Below the pieces are notes generated by a model. The model was not told the DNA's origin, ran no database searches, and was given only the letters and a program-made list of their open reading frames with translations. DNA of 64,000 bases, taken from contig CAWEDP010000002.1 of NCBI GenBank assembly GCA_963807925.1, positions 1,164,034 through 1,228,033 on the forward strand, read 5' to 3'. Below, piece after piece: positions 17,739 to 29,902 of this stretch (position 1 is the first letter of the stretch; each line of letters opens with the position of its first letter). The position numbers and the translations under genes are program-made. The stretch is from an uncultured Acidobacteriota bacterium. GTDB lineage: Bacteria; Acidobacteriota; Vicinamibacteria; Vicinamibacterales; CAVVIG01.

Positions 17739-19610
17739 CTACTCATCGGAGAACAGATCGGCCGCGTCCACCATGGCGTCGGCCAGCCGCTCCCTGGTGA
17801 TCACGCCCTTCACGCGATCGGCCGAGAGCGGCGGCGCGCCGTCGGTGACCAGGGCGACGGTCGCGCCGAGTGCGTGCATGCGGGCAATGACGTCGAAGAG
17901 AGAGTCCGACTCCTGGACGACCACGAAGCGCCGCGTGGCCAGTTGCCCGAGGGTGAGGCCCTGTTCCTTGCCGGCCAGGGCTCGGAGGGCCGCAACGCCG
18001 GGAACGAACCCCGCGATGCGCACGCCGTCCGGATCGGTGACGAGCACGCACGACGGCACCGGCTGCTCCGACAGCATGCGCGCATACCGGTCGATCGGCG
18101 CCGTCGCCGGTTCGATGCAGAAGTCCGGCTGCATCAATTCCCTGGCTCGTTTCACGTAGTGCGGGCTGGTGTGCAGCCCGTCGGGCGTGTAGTGGCCGCG
18201 ACGCCACAGCTTCTGCGTGTAGATGCTCCCTTTCGAGAGAACGGTTCTCAACCCATAGCTGATGGCCACCGTGATGGTCATGGGGACGATGACGTTGTAG
18301 TCGAGCGTCATCTCGAAGATCATCACGATGGCGGCCATGGCCGCCCCGGTCGTCCCCCCGACCATGCCGGCCATGCCCGCGACCGCGAACGCCGGGACGC
18401 TGATCCCGAGCCCGGGAACGACCTTGCCGACGAGACTGCCGTACGCCGCGCCCAGCGTGGCGCCGATATAGAGCGCGGGCGAGAAAATCCCTCCCGATGC
18501 GCCGGAGCCGAGCGTGAGCGACGTCGCCAGCAGCTTCAACCCGCACAACGCCAGGAGCAGGTACAGCGGAAGCCTGGCGCCCGTGAGCAGATCCTGCACG
18601 GTGGCATAGCCCACGCCCTCGATGTAGTAGTGCCCCCAGCCGACCATCACCACGTACATCAGCATGCCCACCAGCAGCATGCCCGTGAGATGCTGCCGGT
18701 AATAGCTGCCCCTGATCCGGAGCTCGAACAGATCCTCGAACGCGTAGATCGACCTGATGAAAGCCGCTGACATCACGCCCATGACCAGACCCAGCCCGAC
18801 GTACGCGACGAGCACCAGCGGTCCGGTCAACTGGAAGTAGGGCGTTTCCAGCGCCGGAATCACGAACGACGGATGCGATCCGAAGAACAGACGACCGATG
18901 TAGGTGGCCGTGGCGGTGGCAATCGCGACCGGAACGAGGGTTCGCGCGCTCACTTCGTGCATCATGATCTCGAGCGCGAACAGCACACCGCCGACCGGCG
19001 TGTTGAACGTCGCCGCGATGCCACTGCCCGCGCCGGCGGCGACGAGCACGATGCGCTGCCACGCGGACAGACGGAGGATTTGCGCCACGGTCGATCCGAA
19101 CGACGCGCCTATCTGGATGATGGGGCCCTCGCGTCCGACCGAGCCCCCGCTGCCGATGGATATGGCGGAGGCCAGCGACTTGACCGCCGCCACGACCGGA
19201 CGAATCCGGCCCCGCTTGTAGTAGATCGCGTCCACGACCTCGGGCACGCCGTGCCCCCGGGCTTCCGGCGCAAAGTTCTTGACGAGAAAGGCAACGCCCA
19301 GCGCGCCGACCACAGGCACGAGAATGACGAACGGACCCCAGGGACTGGGCGGGGTATGCAGGTTGGCGTCGTAGGAGACCGAGACGTGTCCGAGAAACAG
19401 CACGTTGTGGAAGAAGGCAATCAAGGCCCTGAACAGAACGGCCCCGAGCCCCCCGACGGCTCCGACCAGCGCTGACAGCAGTGACAGCTGCCATGCCGGC
19501 AGCGTGGCGGTCGGCGCGGCCTGCCTGTCCGGATTGGGCATGACGCTGGTCGCTCCGTCCGGCAACGGTCCTGTCAGACGCTCTGAGGCCTGGAATGGAG
19601 GAGCATCCAC
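17739..19610 (-). CDS. ClC-family chloride channel/antiporter with C-terminal CBS pair
   Basis: GHGVPEV, GREGPIIQIG and GIFSPALYIG selectivity motifs. C-terminal CBS-like repeats. Confidence 0.9.
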   Translation of the reverse strand: MDAPPFQASERLTGPLPDGATSVMPNPDRQAAPTATLPAWQLSLLSALVGAVGGLGAVLFRALIAFFHNVLFLGHVSVSYDANLHTPPSPWGPFVILVPVVGALGVAFLVKNFAPEARGHGVPEVVDAIYYKRGRIRPVVAAVKSLASAISIGSGGSVGREGPIIQIGASFGSTVAQILRLSAWQRIVLVAAGAGSGIAATFNTPVGGVLFALEIMMHEVSARTLVPVAIATATATYIGRLFFGSHPSFVIPALETPYFQLTGPLVLVAYVGLGLVMGVMSAAFIRSIYAFEDLFELRIRGSYYRQHLTGMLLVGMLMYVVMVGWGHYYIEGVGYATVQDLLTGARLPLYLLLALCGLKLLATSLTLGSGASGGIFSPALYIGATLGAAYGSLVGKVVPGLGISVPAFAVAGMAGMVGGTTGAAMAAIVMIFEMTLDYNVIVPMTITVAISYGLRTVLSKGSIYTQKLWRRGHYTPDGLHTSPHYVKRARELMQPDFCIEPATAPIDRYARMLSEQPVPSCVLVTDPDGVRIAGFVPGVAALRALAGKEQGLTLGQLATRRFVVVQESDSLFDVIARMHALGATVALVTDGAPPLSADRVKGVITRERLADAMVDAADLFSDE

Positions 19611-19743
19611 GATCAGCCTGGCTCCTGTTTCGCAATCGTCTCACGATCGATCGTCTGGACGGATCGATGCGGGCCCGCGTTCCCGTTCGCCGGCGGCTCG
19701 CGCGCCGGCCGCGATCGACGCCGCGAGGATCCTCGCGGGGAGG

Positions 19744-20865
19744 TCAGCCACCGAGCTGCACGCCGATAATCCGGCCGATGAGGTAGGTGATCGCACTGGC
19801 GCTCAGTCCGAACACCACCTGCCGGACGCCAGAGCTGAGGACCGAGCGGCCCGTGAAGAGCGTGATGCCCGCGCCGATTACGAACAACCCGGCGGCGCCG
19901 CACAGCACGCTCCCCACGACGGCTGACTGGCCGCCGAGGGCGACGAACGGGAGCACGGGGACGATCGCGCCGATCGCGAACATGAAGAAGGAGGTGATGG
20001 CGGCCTCCCACGCAGAGCCCCCCAGCTCGCTCGGATCGATCCCGAGCTCTTCGCGCGCCAGGGTGTCCAGCGCGCTCGAGCGGTCGCTCATGATCTCGGC
20101 GGCCAGATGGCGCGCCCGTTCCTCCTCGACGCCGCGCGATTGATAGATCAGGGCCAGCTCTTCCGCTTCTTCCTCCGGCACCGACTCAATCTCGCGCCGC
20201 TCGATGGCAAGCTGATGTTCGTAGAGCTCGCGCGAGCTCTGCACCGACAGCCATTCGCCCAGCGCCATCGACGAGGCGCCGGCCAGCAGCCCTGCCACCC
20301 CGGTGATGAGGATGCTCCGCCTGCTGAGCTCGGCGCCCGCCACACCCATCACCAGACCAAGATTCGACAGGAGGCCATCGCTCGCGCCGAGCACCGCTGC
20401 GCGGAGGGCGTTCCCGCCGGCGGCGCGGTGCCGGCCTTCGATCTGCGCGAGCGCGCTCCCTGCCACACCCTCCGAGGACGGCTGCGTGATCTGGCGCAGC
20501 AGCCGCGCATGCGAACGCTCGTCCGGCACCAGCTCCACCGCGTCTGGCTGGTCGCTGTACGCGTGGGAATCGACCTCCTCGAGGGTCGCAATGGTCGGGA
20601 GCACGGCGCCCACGCCGAGCCGTCGTGCGAGCAGGCTCAGCACCCGGGTGCGCCACGACAAGCGGAATGGAGGCAGCGACACGCCCGCGGCGCGGAGGCG
20701 GTTCGCCCAGGTTTCGGCGTGGCGATCTTCGACCGCGGCCAACCGCCGGTAGAGTTCAGCGATCTTCGGGTTGGGTTCGGCCTGGGCCATCGCGCGGTAG
20801 AGCGCGGCCCCGTTGCGTTCATCAGCGAGGTTCTCCCGGAAGCGGTCGGTCTCCTGCGAGCTCAT
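19744..20865 (-). CDS. VIT1/CCC1-family iron/manganese transporter with N-terminal ferritin-like domain
   Basis: N-terminal ERNGAALYRAMAQ...VEDRHAETW ferritin-like helices. C-terminal five-TM VIT1 region (GASDGLLSNLGLVMG...). Confidence 0.85.
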   Translation of the reverse strand: MSSQETDRFRENLADERNGAALYRAMAQAEPNPKIAELYRRLAAVEDRHAETWANRLRAAGVSLPPFRLSWRTRVLSLLARRLGVGAVLPTIATLEEVDSHAYSDQPDAVELVPDERSHARLLRQITQPSSEGVAGSALAQIEGRHRAAGGNALRAAVLGASDGLLSNLGLVMGVAGAELSRRSILITGVAGLLAGASSMALGEWLSVQSSRELYEHQLAIERREIESVPEEEAEELALIYQSRGVEEERARHLAAEIMSDRSSALDTLAREELGIDPSELGGSAWEAAITSFFMFAIGAIVPVLPFVALGGQSAVVGSVLCGAAGLFVIGAGITLFTGRSVLSSGVRQVVFGLSASAITYLIGRIIGVQLGG

Positions 20866-20934
20866 GACGGCGTCTCCGGCTGTTTCCCAATCGGGCGTTG
20901 CTGCAGGTACGCGCGAACGGCCCCGCGTCGCCCG

Positions 20935-21372
20935 TCATCGAATCGTGAGGACGGGACACGGCGCCGTGCGGACCACCCGTTCCGCCACGCTGCCCAACAC
21001 GAAGTGGGCGACGCCGGTCCGACCGTGCGTCCCCATGACGATCAGATCCACGCCCGCGCCCCGTGCGTACGCGATGATTTCGCTCGGCGCGTCGCCAATC
21101 TCGACGATGGCCTCGACCTTCAGGCGGTTCCGTACCGACTCGGTCAGGATCTCGTTCAACCGCTTGCGGGCGTCGCGCTCGAGCTCGTCCAGGAATTCCT
21201 GCGGCGGCGGCATGTAGACGTCGCTCGCAGCCGTCAGGTACGGATTGGGCACCACGTGCAGCAGCACGAGCGATGCGTCGAACCGCGTCGCCAACGTCTC
21301 CGCGTAGTCCAGCGTGCGCTCGGCAGATTCCCCAAGATCCAGCGGAACAAGGATGCGCGTGATCGTGGCCAT
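20935..21372 (-). CDS. Universal stress protein (UspA family)
   Basis: Start at ATG 21372 (MATITRILVPLDL...). C-terminal GSVAERVVRTAPCPVLTIR ATP-binding-type motif. Confidence 0.85.
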   Translation of the reverse strand: MATITRILVPLDLGESAERTLDYAETLATRFDASLVLLHVVPNPYLTAASDVYMPPPQEFLDELERDARKRLNEILTESVRNRLKVEAIVEIGDAPSEIIAYARGAGVDLIVMGTHGRTGVAHFVLGSVAERVVRTAPCPVLTIR

Positions 21373-21457
21373 GAATCCTCCATCACAAGCGATCGGGGCG
21401 ATGGGACGCCTCGCCGATGGCGCGAACCGCCCTGTTGCAGGATACCCGTCCATCGGC

Positions 21458-22891
21458 TCACGACGGTCCCCGGAAGCCGAGCGCGACGGCTCTGGCGAAC
21501 AGGGCGGCGGCCACCCAGCCGAGCACGACCGCCGCCGGAATCGTGAACGCCCTGGGCCACACCAACAGCGCGCCGGCGGCCGCAAGCAACGCCGTCGCGG
21601 CACCGGCCATGACCCGAGCTTCCGCGGGGCCGAGCACGCGACGGCTGGTGATCGCCGCGCCGACGGTGCTGCCGACGCCCAGAACGCCGGCCGCCGCGCG
21701 CCGCGCGCGCCCCGCCCTGCGGGTGTCCGACGGTGTCGGTCCTGGCGTTGTCGTGGTGCTCAGACGCACGTGTCTCCGGGCGGTGATCACGACTTCGGTC
21801 GCGTGCGTGAGGTCGTCCAGGTACATGGTCTCCATCGCCCTGGCGAACGTCTCGTCCTCGATCGCGACGTCCAGCTCCCAGTTGCTCATCCAGCTGGCCA
21901 GGTTGAGGTTCGTGGACCCCACACGGCCCCAGCGCGAGTCGGCCACGGCGGTTTTCGCGTGGAGCATCGTGCCATTCCACTCGAAGATGCGGATGCCGGT
22001 CTCGAGCAGCGGCCGATAGCTCGCACGGGAAATCGATCGGATCACGGGCACGTCGCTGGCGCCCGGGACGAGCAGGCGAACATCGACACCGTCGAGCGCC
22101 GCGGCTTTCAGCGCCTGCGTGTAGGCCGTCGTCGCCACGAAGTAGGCATCGGTCAGCCACAGCGAGCGTTGCGCGCCGGCGGCGATGAGCTGATCCAGCC
22201 GGTAGAGCTCCGCGGCGACCGGCGTGCCCGCCACCACCCGCACCGGCACCGGGCCCTCGACCGGGACGGCGGCCCGCTCCGTCAGCTCGGCGGGCGGAAG
22301 GGGCGCGCCCGCATGCGCCCACGTCTCGGCGAACGCCAGATCCAGATCCGCGACGGCCGGTCCGGCGATCGCCACGCCGACGTCACGCCACGGCTCGACG
22401 TGGCGTGACGGATCCCCGACCCACGCGCGACCGACGCACAGACCGGACACGAAGCCGACCCGCCCGTCCACGATCACGACCTTGCGGTGATCGCGGCTGA
22501 TCCACGCGAAGGGGCGATCAGGCCGGGGCGGATTGAACAAGCGGACGTCGACCCCCGCCGCCCTGAGCCGCGACCACACGCGTCGCGAACCTGCATGCAA
22601 GGACCCGAACCAGTCGCACAGGCAGCGCACGCGCACGCCGGCGCGCGCGCGCTCGGCCAGCGCGTCAGCGAACCGAACCCCGACCTCGTCGCCGTGGATA
22701 ATGTAGGTCTCGAAATGGATCGTGTCGGTCGCCGAGCCGATCGACTCGAGCCACGCGGCGTAGTTCTCGCCGTCTTTCAGAATCCGCACGGCGTTGCCGG
22801 GCACCAGCGGCGCGCCGGCAGCACGCGCGAAGGCGCGGTCGCCGAGCGCTCGGACGGAGGGCGGCGGCGGAAACGGCCCGGTATCAGGCAT
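21458..22891 (-). CDS. Phospholipase-D-family protein (cardiolipin-synthase-like) with C-terminal membrane segments
   Basis: Two HKD motifs ([20 protein letters not shown] and [20 protein letters not shown]). Start taken at ATG 22891, because the divergent gene begins at 23126. Confidence 0.8.
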   Translation of the reverse strand: MPDTGPFPPPPSVRALGDRAFARAAGAPLVPGNAVRILKDGENYAAWLESIGSATDTIHFETYIIHGDEVGVRFADALAERARAGVRVRCLCDWFGSLHAGSRRVWSRLRAAGVDVRLFNPPRPDRPFAWISRDHRKVVIVDGRVGFVSGLCVGRAWVGDPSRHVEPWRDVGVAIAGPAVADLDLAFAETWAHAGAPLPPAELTERAAVPVEGPVPVRVVAGTPVAAELYRLDQLIAAGAQRSLWLTDAYFVATTAYTQALKAAALDGVDVRLLVPGASDVPVIRSISRASYRPLLETGIRIFEWNGTMLHAKTAVADSRWGRVGSTNLNLASWMSNWELDVAIEDETFARAMETMYLDDLTHATEVVITARRHVRLSTTTTPGPTPSDTRRAGRARRAAAGVLGVGSTVGAAITSRRVLGPAEARVMAGAATALLAAAGALLVWPRAFTIPAAVVLGWVAAALFARAVALGFRGPS

Positions 22892-23125
22892 GGCTTTGCG
22901 ACCGTCAGTGGTCGTCGCGTCGCGTCGCTGCCGACGGGCGGCAAGGCGGCGCCACGAGGGCAGGCTGCTCCACGGACGTCGCAGGTCCTGATTGTGGATC
23001 AACCCTCGCAGGGGTTCGTCGAGTACGTGTTCGGGCAACTGGTGCGATGGGGCCGGCGAGCTCTGGCCGGCGACCGACGCCGACGCGTCGGTTGCCGTAT
23101 GCTCTGATGACATTCGAGGAGAGCC

Positions 23126-23522
23126 GATGCCGACGCCATCGCCGGAGCGCCGATACGAGTTCAGTCCAGACCAGAACGCCATCTTCTCCAGGCTCGCCGG
23201 GGCGATGCGGTTTGTCGCGATCGTCATGGTGCTGGCGAGCGGGACGGTGGGCATCGCTGCAGTGTTCATCGGTCGATCGACGGTGGTCGGGGCCGCGATG
23301 GTCGCTCCGTTGGCAATCGCCGTCGCGTTCCTGGCCGCGCAGCTCTATCAGGCGGCCACCCACTTCCGGCGAATCGTGAGCACTCGGGGGAGCGACGTCG
23401 AGCACCTGATGGCGGCGCTCGACGAGATGGCGAACGCCTATCTCACGCAGCGGTGGCTGTGGATAGTCGCCGCGGTCGCGATCCTGCTGGCTCTGGCCAC
23501 GACGATGGCCGTCGGTTCGTGA
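23126..23522 (+). CDS. Small integral membrane protein, unknown function
   Basis: GAGGAG SD at 23115-23120. Three hydrophobic segments ([55 protein letters not shown]). Confidence 0.5.
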
Positions 23523-23554
23523 GCACCGTGAACCGGAGCTCCTGTTGTTACTCC

Positions 23555-25117
23555 TCAAGCCGTCAACGCAGACGGCAGTGACTCCACGAATTCGCGGACG
23601 GTTGCGATCTGGCTGTTCTCGGCGATGAACTCGAAATCCCCGGCGCCGATCGCACGGCAGCGACGCCGGGATGCGCCGATGGCTGCGTGCACCACCGGAC
23701 ACTCGTCGAGGAGCGCGCACAGGGCGGCCCAGGACGGCGCGTCCAGCATCACGATGACATCGAGCGCATGCCGAGCGCGCCACGGCGCCCGATCGGAGAT
23801 GTGGCGGCGCAGTTCGCGCCGCAGTCCGTTCAGCCGCAGTTGAATGTCGCGGTCTCTGCCGCGGATATCGGTGACGACCTCGATCAGCCGCTCCGCGGTG
23901 AAGAGGCAGACGTCGCGATGAAGGAGGGTCCAGCCGACCTGAAATGCTGCGATCAGGTCGCCATCGGGCCAGTGCCGGGGCCAGTTCTCCAGGCCAAGAT
24001 TGCCGATCGCCACGGCCGCGTCGGAGGCTTCCCGGGCCGTGAACGCCCGCGCCTGGATGGAGCATCCGGCGATCAGCGTATTGGCCAGATACGCGACTTC
24101 CTGGGCGCCCGCTCCATGAGACTCGACATACGCCTGAATCCACGCGAGGCGCGAGGTGCGCGGATCGCCGCTCTGGAGCAGCCCCCGCGGTGTTGCCGTG
24201 ACGACACCCGCCTCTCGCAGAGCCTCGACGACTTCGGCAATTGCGGCCGGCTCGACATCCGGAGCGACGTCACGACTTGATTCGCACAATGCACCGACAG
24301 GTCCGCGAGTTGCACCGCCCTCCGGCAGGAGCGTGGACCGAATCGCGCGGAAATAGGCCCGCGCGACCGGACTGAGCGGCGGCGGATCGCCGTCGAGTCG
24401 AAGCTCTCGACCGGCCCGCAGAAACGCGCGTGCCTGCGCCGGCGCAACGTATCCCTGCCTGTCGCGCCGCGCTTCGCGCGCGCACGCCAGGTCGAACATG
24501 TCCTGGTCGACCTCCTCGAGCAGGTTGTGGAACCCGTCCGGCTCGCGAGCGCCAGTCGACAATCGAACGCACCGACGCATCGCCCGGCGGAAGTACGCGG
24601 AGTGCTCCGCGTCAAGGAACACGAGCAGCTCGACGATCGCATCCCACGCGGCCGTACGCCTCGCTTTGACGACGTAGCCGCCAATCTCGCACCCGAGATC
24701 TCCGCTCGGCTCAGGGCCCCGGACCAGCGCGCCGTCCAACGTCGTAAACGACGACACCGCGGCGCAATCGAAGACCGCCGCATGGCGCGCCAGTCCGGCG
24801 GTGAAGAGCTCCAGGTCGAGCCCCATGAGCTTCTGCGCGGCAACCGCCGCGCCCGACTCCATCAGCACCTCGAGCCACGTACCGAAGCGATCGGCGTCGA
24901 ACTGCTCGGCCGCGCCTGGCGCGCGAACGCGCCACAGATCGAGATCGAGGACACGCGCGATCTGTTCAGGCGTGGCGAGCGCCACCAACTCCGCGCAGTC
25001 CTCGAGGCCGCAGACTTGAATCACGCGGTGAACGACGTCGGGCTCGAGGTGAGGAACGATCTGCGCCAGGGCGGGCGTCTTCAGCAGGCGATCGAGGAGG
25101 GGCCGCGGCTTCGTCAT
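23555..25117 (-). CDS. Conserved hypothetical protein (DUF6178-like; family name from memory)
   Basis: Start at ATG 25117 (MTKPRPLLDRLLKTPALAQIVPHLEPDVVHRVIQVCGLEDCAELVALATPEQIARVLDLDLW...). No catalytic motif recognised. Confidence 0.55.
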   Translation of the reverse strand: MTKPRPLLDRLLKTPALAQIVPHLEPDVVHRVIQVCGLEDCAELVALATPEQIARVLDLDLWRVRAPGAAEQFDADRFGTWLEVLMESGAAVAAQKLMGLDLELFTAGLARHAAVFDCAAVSSFTTLDGALVRGPEPSGDLGCEIGGYVVKARRTAAWDAIVELLVFLDAEHSAYFRRAMRRCVRLSTGAREPDGFHNLLEEVDQDMFDLACAREARRDRQGYVAPAQARAFLRAGRELRLDGDPPPLSPVARAYFRAIRSTLLPEGGATRGPVGALCESSRDVAPDVEPAAIAEVVEALREAGVVTATPRGLLQSGDPRTSRLAWIQAYVESHGAGAQEVAYLANTLIAGCSIQARAFTAREASDAAVAIGNLGLENWPRHWPDGDLIAAFQVGWTLLHRDVCLFTAERLIEVVTDIRGRDRDIQLRLNGLRRELRRHISDRAPWRARHALDVIVMLDAPSWAALCALLDECPVVHAAIGASRRRCRAIGAGDFEFIAENSQIATVREFVESLPSALTA

Positions 25118-25134
25118 GGGACTGCGGATAATAG

Positions 25135-26289
<1,155 letters not shown>

Positions 26290-26393
26290 AGGATCCACCA
26301 CGGCCATCACGAGTGGCAGAAATCGGACCTGCGCGCTCGATGGCCGTCTGCACCGCCGGCTGCTCATGGACAGCCAGTACGATCGAGCCGCGC

Positions 26394-29063
26394 TCAGAAC
26401 TGGAACTGCATGCCCACGTCCACTTTGCGCGGGTTGAAGACGAGCGTCGGCTGGCCGAAGAACGGGGAGGTCATCGTGCCGCTGTAGCCGCCGTAGTTGG
26501 CATGATTGGTGAGGTTCTGGGCGTTGACGTAGAAGCCGACGCGGAAGCGCGGCTGACCGTTGAGCGCGACCGTATCGACTTGCGGCGCCCCGTTCAGGTT
26601 GATGATGCGGATGCCGGGCGGCAGCGCCCCGCCCCGCTTGCCGAACTGGAACGAGTAGCTCGCGTTGGCGTTGAGGGTCCATTGACCGTCGGTCCGCAGG
26701 GTGTTGCGGCCGGTGTCGGCCGGCCGATCGTTGAAGATGAGATCGCCGTTGTCGTCGTGACCGGTCAGGATCGTGTACGGCGTGCCCGTCGCGAAGTTCA
26801 GGCTGGCCTGTGTCTGGAGGTTCTTCACCGTCTGGCCGATGAAGGTGACGAACATGCGGTGACGGACGTCGCCGGGAGCCGGGCCCCACTCGGTCGCGAG
26901 CGTGCCGGTCGAAGGCGGGTTGAACGGGCCGTCCGAGTTGTTGTCCAAGAGGCTGTACTGGTACTGGCCGATGAAGAAGAACCGGGACCAGTCGATCCGC
27001 GGCGCGTTGGGCGGAAGCACCGGCGGGGGCAGATTCCCGATCTGATAATTGAAGCCGATGGTGTGCTGTCGCGCGCTCCCGTCCGACACAGCCGTGACGA
27101 TGTTGCCGAACAGGGGATCGGGGCGCACGCCGTCGATCGGTGCGTTGAGGTTGGTCCCGCGGGCGATGTTCTCTCGCCGCATGTATGTGTAGAGCAGACC
27201 GAGGCGCAGCTTCGGTGTGAACGTCTGGTCGGCTGCCAGCGTCACTCTGCTCGAGCGAGGCAGCTGCCAGCCGGAGCCGAGCAGATATCGATTGACCGGC
27301 AGCACCGTGCCGACGTCGCCGGGATTCGGGTACGCGGGATCGACGATGTCGACCTCCTGCTGCCGGAAGCCGTCGACGCGCAGCGTCTGCTCATAGGTGT
27401 TCTGATCGAGCCAGTCGTAGAAGACGCCGGTGCTCGCGCGAAGCGTGGTCCGGCCGCTCCTGGAGGGCGCCCAGGTGACGGCGAAGCGCGGCCCGATCGC
27501 GGCGAAGTCGTGGACGTGCGTCTGCAGCTCGTAGCGGAGCCCCGGGCTGAGCGTCAGGCTCCGGCGGATGCGAATATCGTCCTGAACGTACCATCCGCCA
27601 CGAAGGTCCGTGTAGTCGATCACCGGATCGCCAATGCGCCGCGTATAGCTGCGGGGCGTGCCGGCCAGGTATGCGTCGGCGCTCTCGAACGTGTAGGTCC
27701 CGAGGTAGTTCGAGGTGAGATCCGAGCGGACCCATCCGCCCTCCAGGGCGATGCCGGTGCGCACGGAATGGATGCCACGGATGTAATCGAGATCGGACTG
27801 GAGATTGATCAACTTCGAATCGCGCCCGCCGGCCACCTGCGCGCCGCCGCTCGTGAACGCATCGTTCACGCGAATCGTCGGCGCTTCGAGCGCCGAGTGC
27901 TGCTCGTTGTGCAGCACGTTGACGTTCACCCGGCTGTTGACGAAGAAGCGCCGGCCGAGGGGGCCTGCCTCCTGCACCCGGACGGTGTACGACCGGTCGA
28001 GGGTCGAGAAGGCGCGCTCGGGCAAATCGTACGCGCCGACGCCGAGGTTTTCGGCCGCGTTCCGGCTCGTGTAGAAGCCGATCCGCAGCGTCTGATCCCG
28101 CGTGATCGCGTCGTCGAACTGCACCGACACGTTGACGCGGTCGCGCGGCGTCCGCAGCGTCAACGCCTCCGAGCGGACGCCGGTCGGCAGGGCGGCGTTG
28201 AGGTTCGGCGTGTCGTACCAGGTCATGCCGTCGAGCGACACCGAGAACGAGTTCTTCTGCGGCACGATGGAGCCGCCGAAATTGAACCCGTAGTTCTCCG
28301 TCTGTTCCGGCCCCTTGGTCGGCGTGAACGGACTGCGCCCGCTGAACGCGCCGTCGCGCAGGCTGAACCGGCCGGCGCCCCGTAGAGGGCCCACTCCGGG
28401 CTGCGTGATGATTTCGACGAAGATCGCGCCCGCGTTGTGATTCTCGGCCGCGAAGGTGTCGCGCGTGACGTGAATCGACTTGATCTGGGACTTGGGCGGC
28501 AGATCGCCGCCTTCGAAGCTGTCGACGCGAATCACCGCGCCGGCGCCGGCCATGTCGAGGAGCTGCTTCCTCATTTCTTCCGGGTTGTCCGACAGCGCGT
28601 CGATCTGCTCGCGCGTGAGCGCCGAGCCGAACGTCGTCTTCGCGTCGGCGGCGGCTTCCTGCTTGTCGCGGCCCACGGTCACCTCGTCGCGCAACCGGGC
28701 GATCGCCAGTACAATCGTCGCTCTGGTGTCGCCCGGTCGCACGCGGACGTCCTTGAGAACGTTCGTGTCGAACCCCGGAAAGGCGGCCTGCACCACGTAG
28801 CGGCCCGGCGCGAGGCCGGAGACGGACGCCACGCCTTGATCGGACGTGGTCACGGCCGCTGGCGAGATGGCGCGCGTGGCGGGTTCCTGGCCGTCTACCT
28901 TCACTGTCGCTCCCGGCAGCACGGCGCCGGTCTGATCCTCGACGGTGATGAGGAGCCGCCCGTCCCGCCGTGTCTGCGCATCGAGGAGGGACGGAACGAG
29001 CAGGCAAGCGGCCAGCAAGACGCTGACGAACGCCGGCGGTCGCCGATCCGCCTCGCCGCTCAT
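26394..29063 (-). CDS. Carboxypeptidase-regulatory-like domain + TonB-dependent-receptor-like outer-membrane protein (second copy)
   Basis: Signal peptide. GRLLITVEDQTGAVLPGATVKV N-domain. Long barrel. C-terminal ...VGMQFQF. Confidence 0.85.
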   Translation of the reverse strand: MSGEADRRPPAFVSVLLAACLLVPSLLDAQTRRDGRLLITVEDQTGAVLPGATVKVDGQEPATRAISPAAVTTSDQGVASVSGLAPGRYVVQAAFPGFDTNVLKDVRVRPGDTRATIVLAIARLRDEVTVGRDKQEAAADAKTTFGSALTREQIDALSDNPEEMRKQLLDMAGAGAVIRVDSFEGGDLPPKSQIKSIHVTRDTFAAENHNAGAIFVEIITQPGVGPLRGAGRFSLRDGAFSGRSPFTPTKGPEQTENYGFNFGGSIVPQKNSFSVSLDGMTWYDTPNLNAALPTGVRSEALTLRTPRDRVNVSVQFDDAITRDQTLRIGFYTSRNAAENLGVGAYDLPERAFSTLDRSYTVRVQEAGPLGRRFFVNSRVNVNVLHNEQHSALEAPTIRVNDAFTSGGAQVAGGRDSKLINLQSDLDYIRGIHSVRTGIALEGGWVRSDLTSNYLGTYTFESADAYLAGTPRSYTRRIGDPVIDYTDLRGGWYVQDDIRIRRSLTLSPGLRYELQTHVHDFAAIGPRFAVTWAPSRSGRTTLRASTGVFYDWLDQNTYEQTLRVDGFRQQEVDIVDPAYPNPGDVGTVLPVNRYLLGSGWQLPRSSRVTLAADQTFTPKLRLGLLYTYMRRENIARGTNLNAPIDGVRPDPLFGNIVTAVSDGSARQHTIGFNYQIGNLPPPVLPPNAPRIDWSRFFFIGQYQYSLLDNNSDGPFNPPSTGTLATEWGPAPGDVRHRMFVTFIGQTVKNLQTQASLNFATGTPYTILTGHDDNGDLIFNDRPADTGRNTLRTDGQWTLNANASYSFQFGKRGGALPPGIRIINLNGAPQVDTVALNGQPRFRVGFYVNAQNLTNHANYGGYSGTMTSPFFGQPTLVFNPRKVDVGMQFQF

Positions 29064-29902
29064 CGGCGGATCCCGAACCGTTTCGGGTCGATCCGCGCAT
29101 TCAGTCGGAACCGATCGAAGATGGTCTCTTCAACCGTGTCCGGGCCGATGGCGCGGCGCAGCCGGAACGGAAGCTTCACGCCGTCGACCTCCCGATAGTC
29201 CGCGAAGTAGAGGCGATTCTCCGGCGGCGGCGCATCCGCCCGGTCCGGTCCGCGCGCGGGGCCCACGCCCCGACCCCCGGCTGGCGGCGGTCCCTGCCAG
29301 GTGAGCAGCACCGGCAGGTGCGTGTCTCGAGAGACGAAAAAGCGGAGCGTGAGGTTGGGCGCGCCCTTGCCCTCCAGCACGTCCGCCATGCCCTCGGGAG
29401 CTTCGGCCTGGCCGACATAGGTGAACGCGAGCGGGTAGCTCGGAAAGGAGGTGGCAAACATTCCAAGCATCAGCCGCGCGAAATCCTGTTTGAGGCCGAC
29501 GACGCGCGCACGGTTCGCGGCCGCCAACTGCTCGGCCGTCGGCGGCGACGGTCCGCCGGGGCGCCCGGCCGGCGGTCCGGCGTTGGGCGGCTCCTGGATC
29601 GGATCGTCCCCGTTGAAGCCGAGCGTCGTCGGTCCGCTTCCCTGCGCGGGCACCTCGTCCTTCCGCGCGTATTTGGCGGGCAGCTCGATCGCGATGTCGA
29701 ATTCGATGGGAACAAGATTCTCACCGCGAATCTGGCGCGTCCGGCCGGTCGCCGTCAGCGTCCTGACGGCCGCCAGGCGCGAGTCGCCCCCGAGCGCCAT
29801 GCGCGCGCCGGCGAGCACGGCGTCGGGATTGGGGCGCGGATTCTGAGCGGGCAGCAGTGCCGTGCTGGAGACGAGGAAGATGATGGCAATGAGCCTTGAC
29901 AT
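29060..29902 (-). CDS. Secreted hypothetical protein co-transcribed with the receptor
   Basis: Start ATG 29902 (MSRLIAIIFLVSSTALLPAQNP signal). 4-nt overlap with the receptor start (29060-29063). No family recognised. Confidence 0.55.
   Translation of the reverse strand: MSRLIAIIFLVSSTALLPAQNPRPNPDAVLAGARMALGGDSRLAAVRTLTATGRTRQIRGENLVPIEFDIAIELPAKYARKDEVPAQGSGPTTLGFNGDDPIQEPPNAGPPAGRPGGPSPPTAEQLAAANRARVVGLKQDFARLMLGMFATSFPSYPLAFTYVGQAEAPEGMADVLEGKGAPNLTLRFFVSRDTHLPVLLTWQGPPPAGGRGVGPARGPDRADAPPPENRLYFADYREVDGVKLPFRLRRAIGPDTVEETIFDRFRLNARIDPKRFGIRR

Noticed and set aside
19721-19738. Perfect 18-nt palindrome CCGCGAGGATCCTCGCGG just downstream of the VIT1 stop, as a terminator
   Set aside because: No U-run follows on the transcribed (minus) strand, and the ClC gene starts about 110 nt further on the same strand. 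It may be an RNA hairpin, but it cannot be called an intrinsic terminator.
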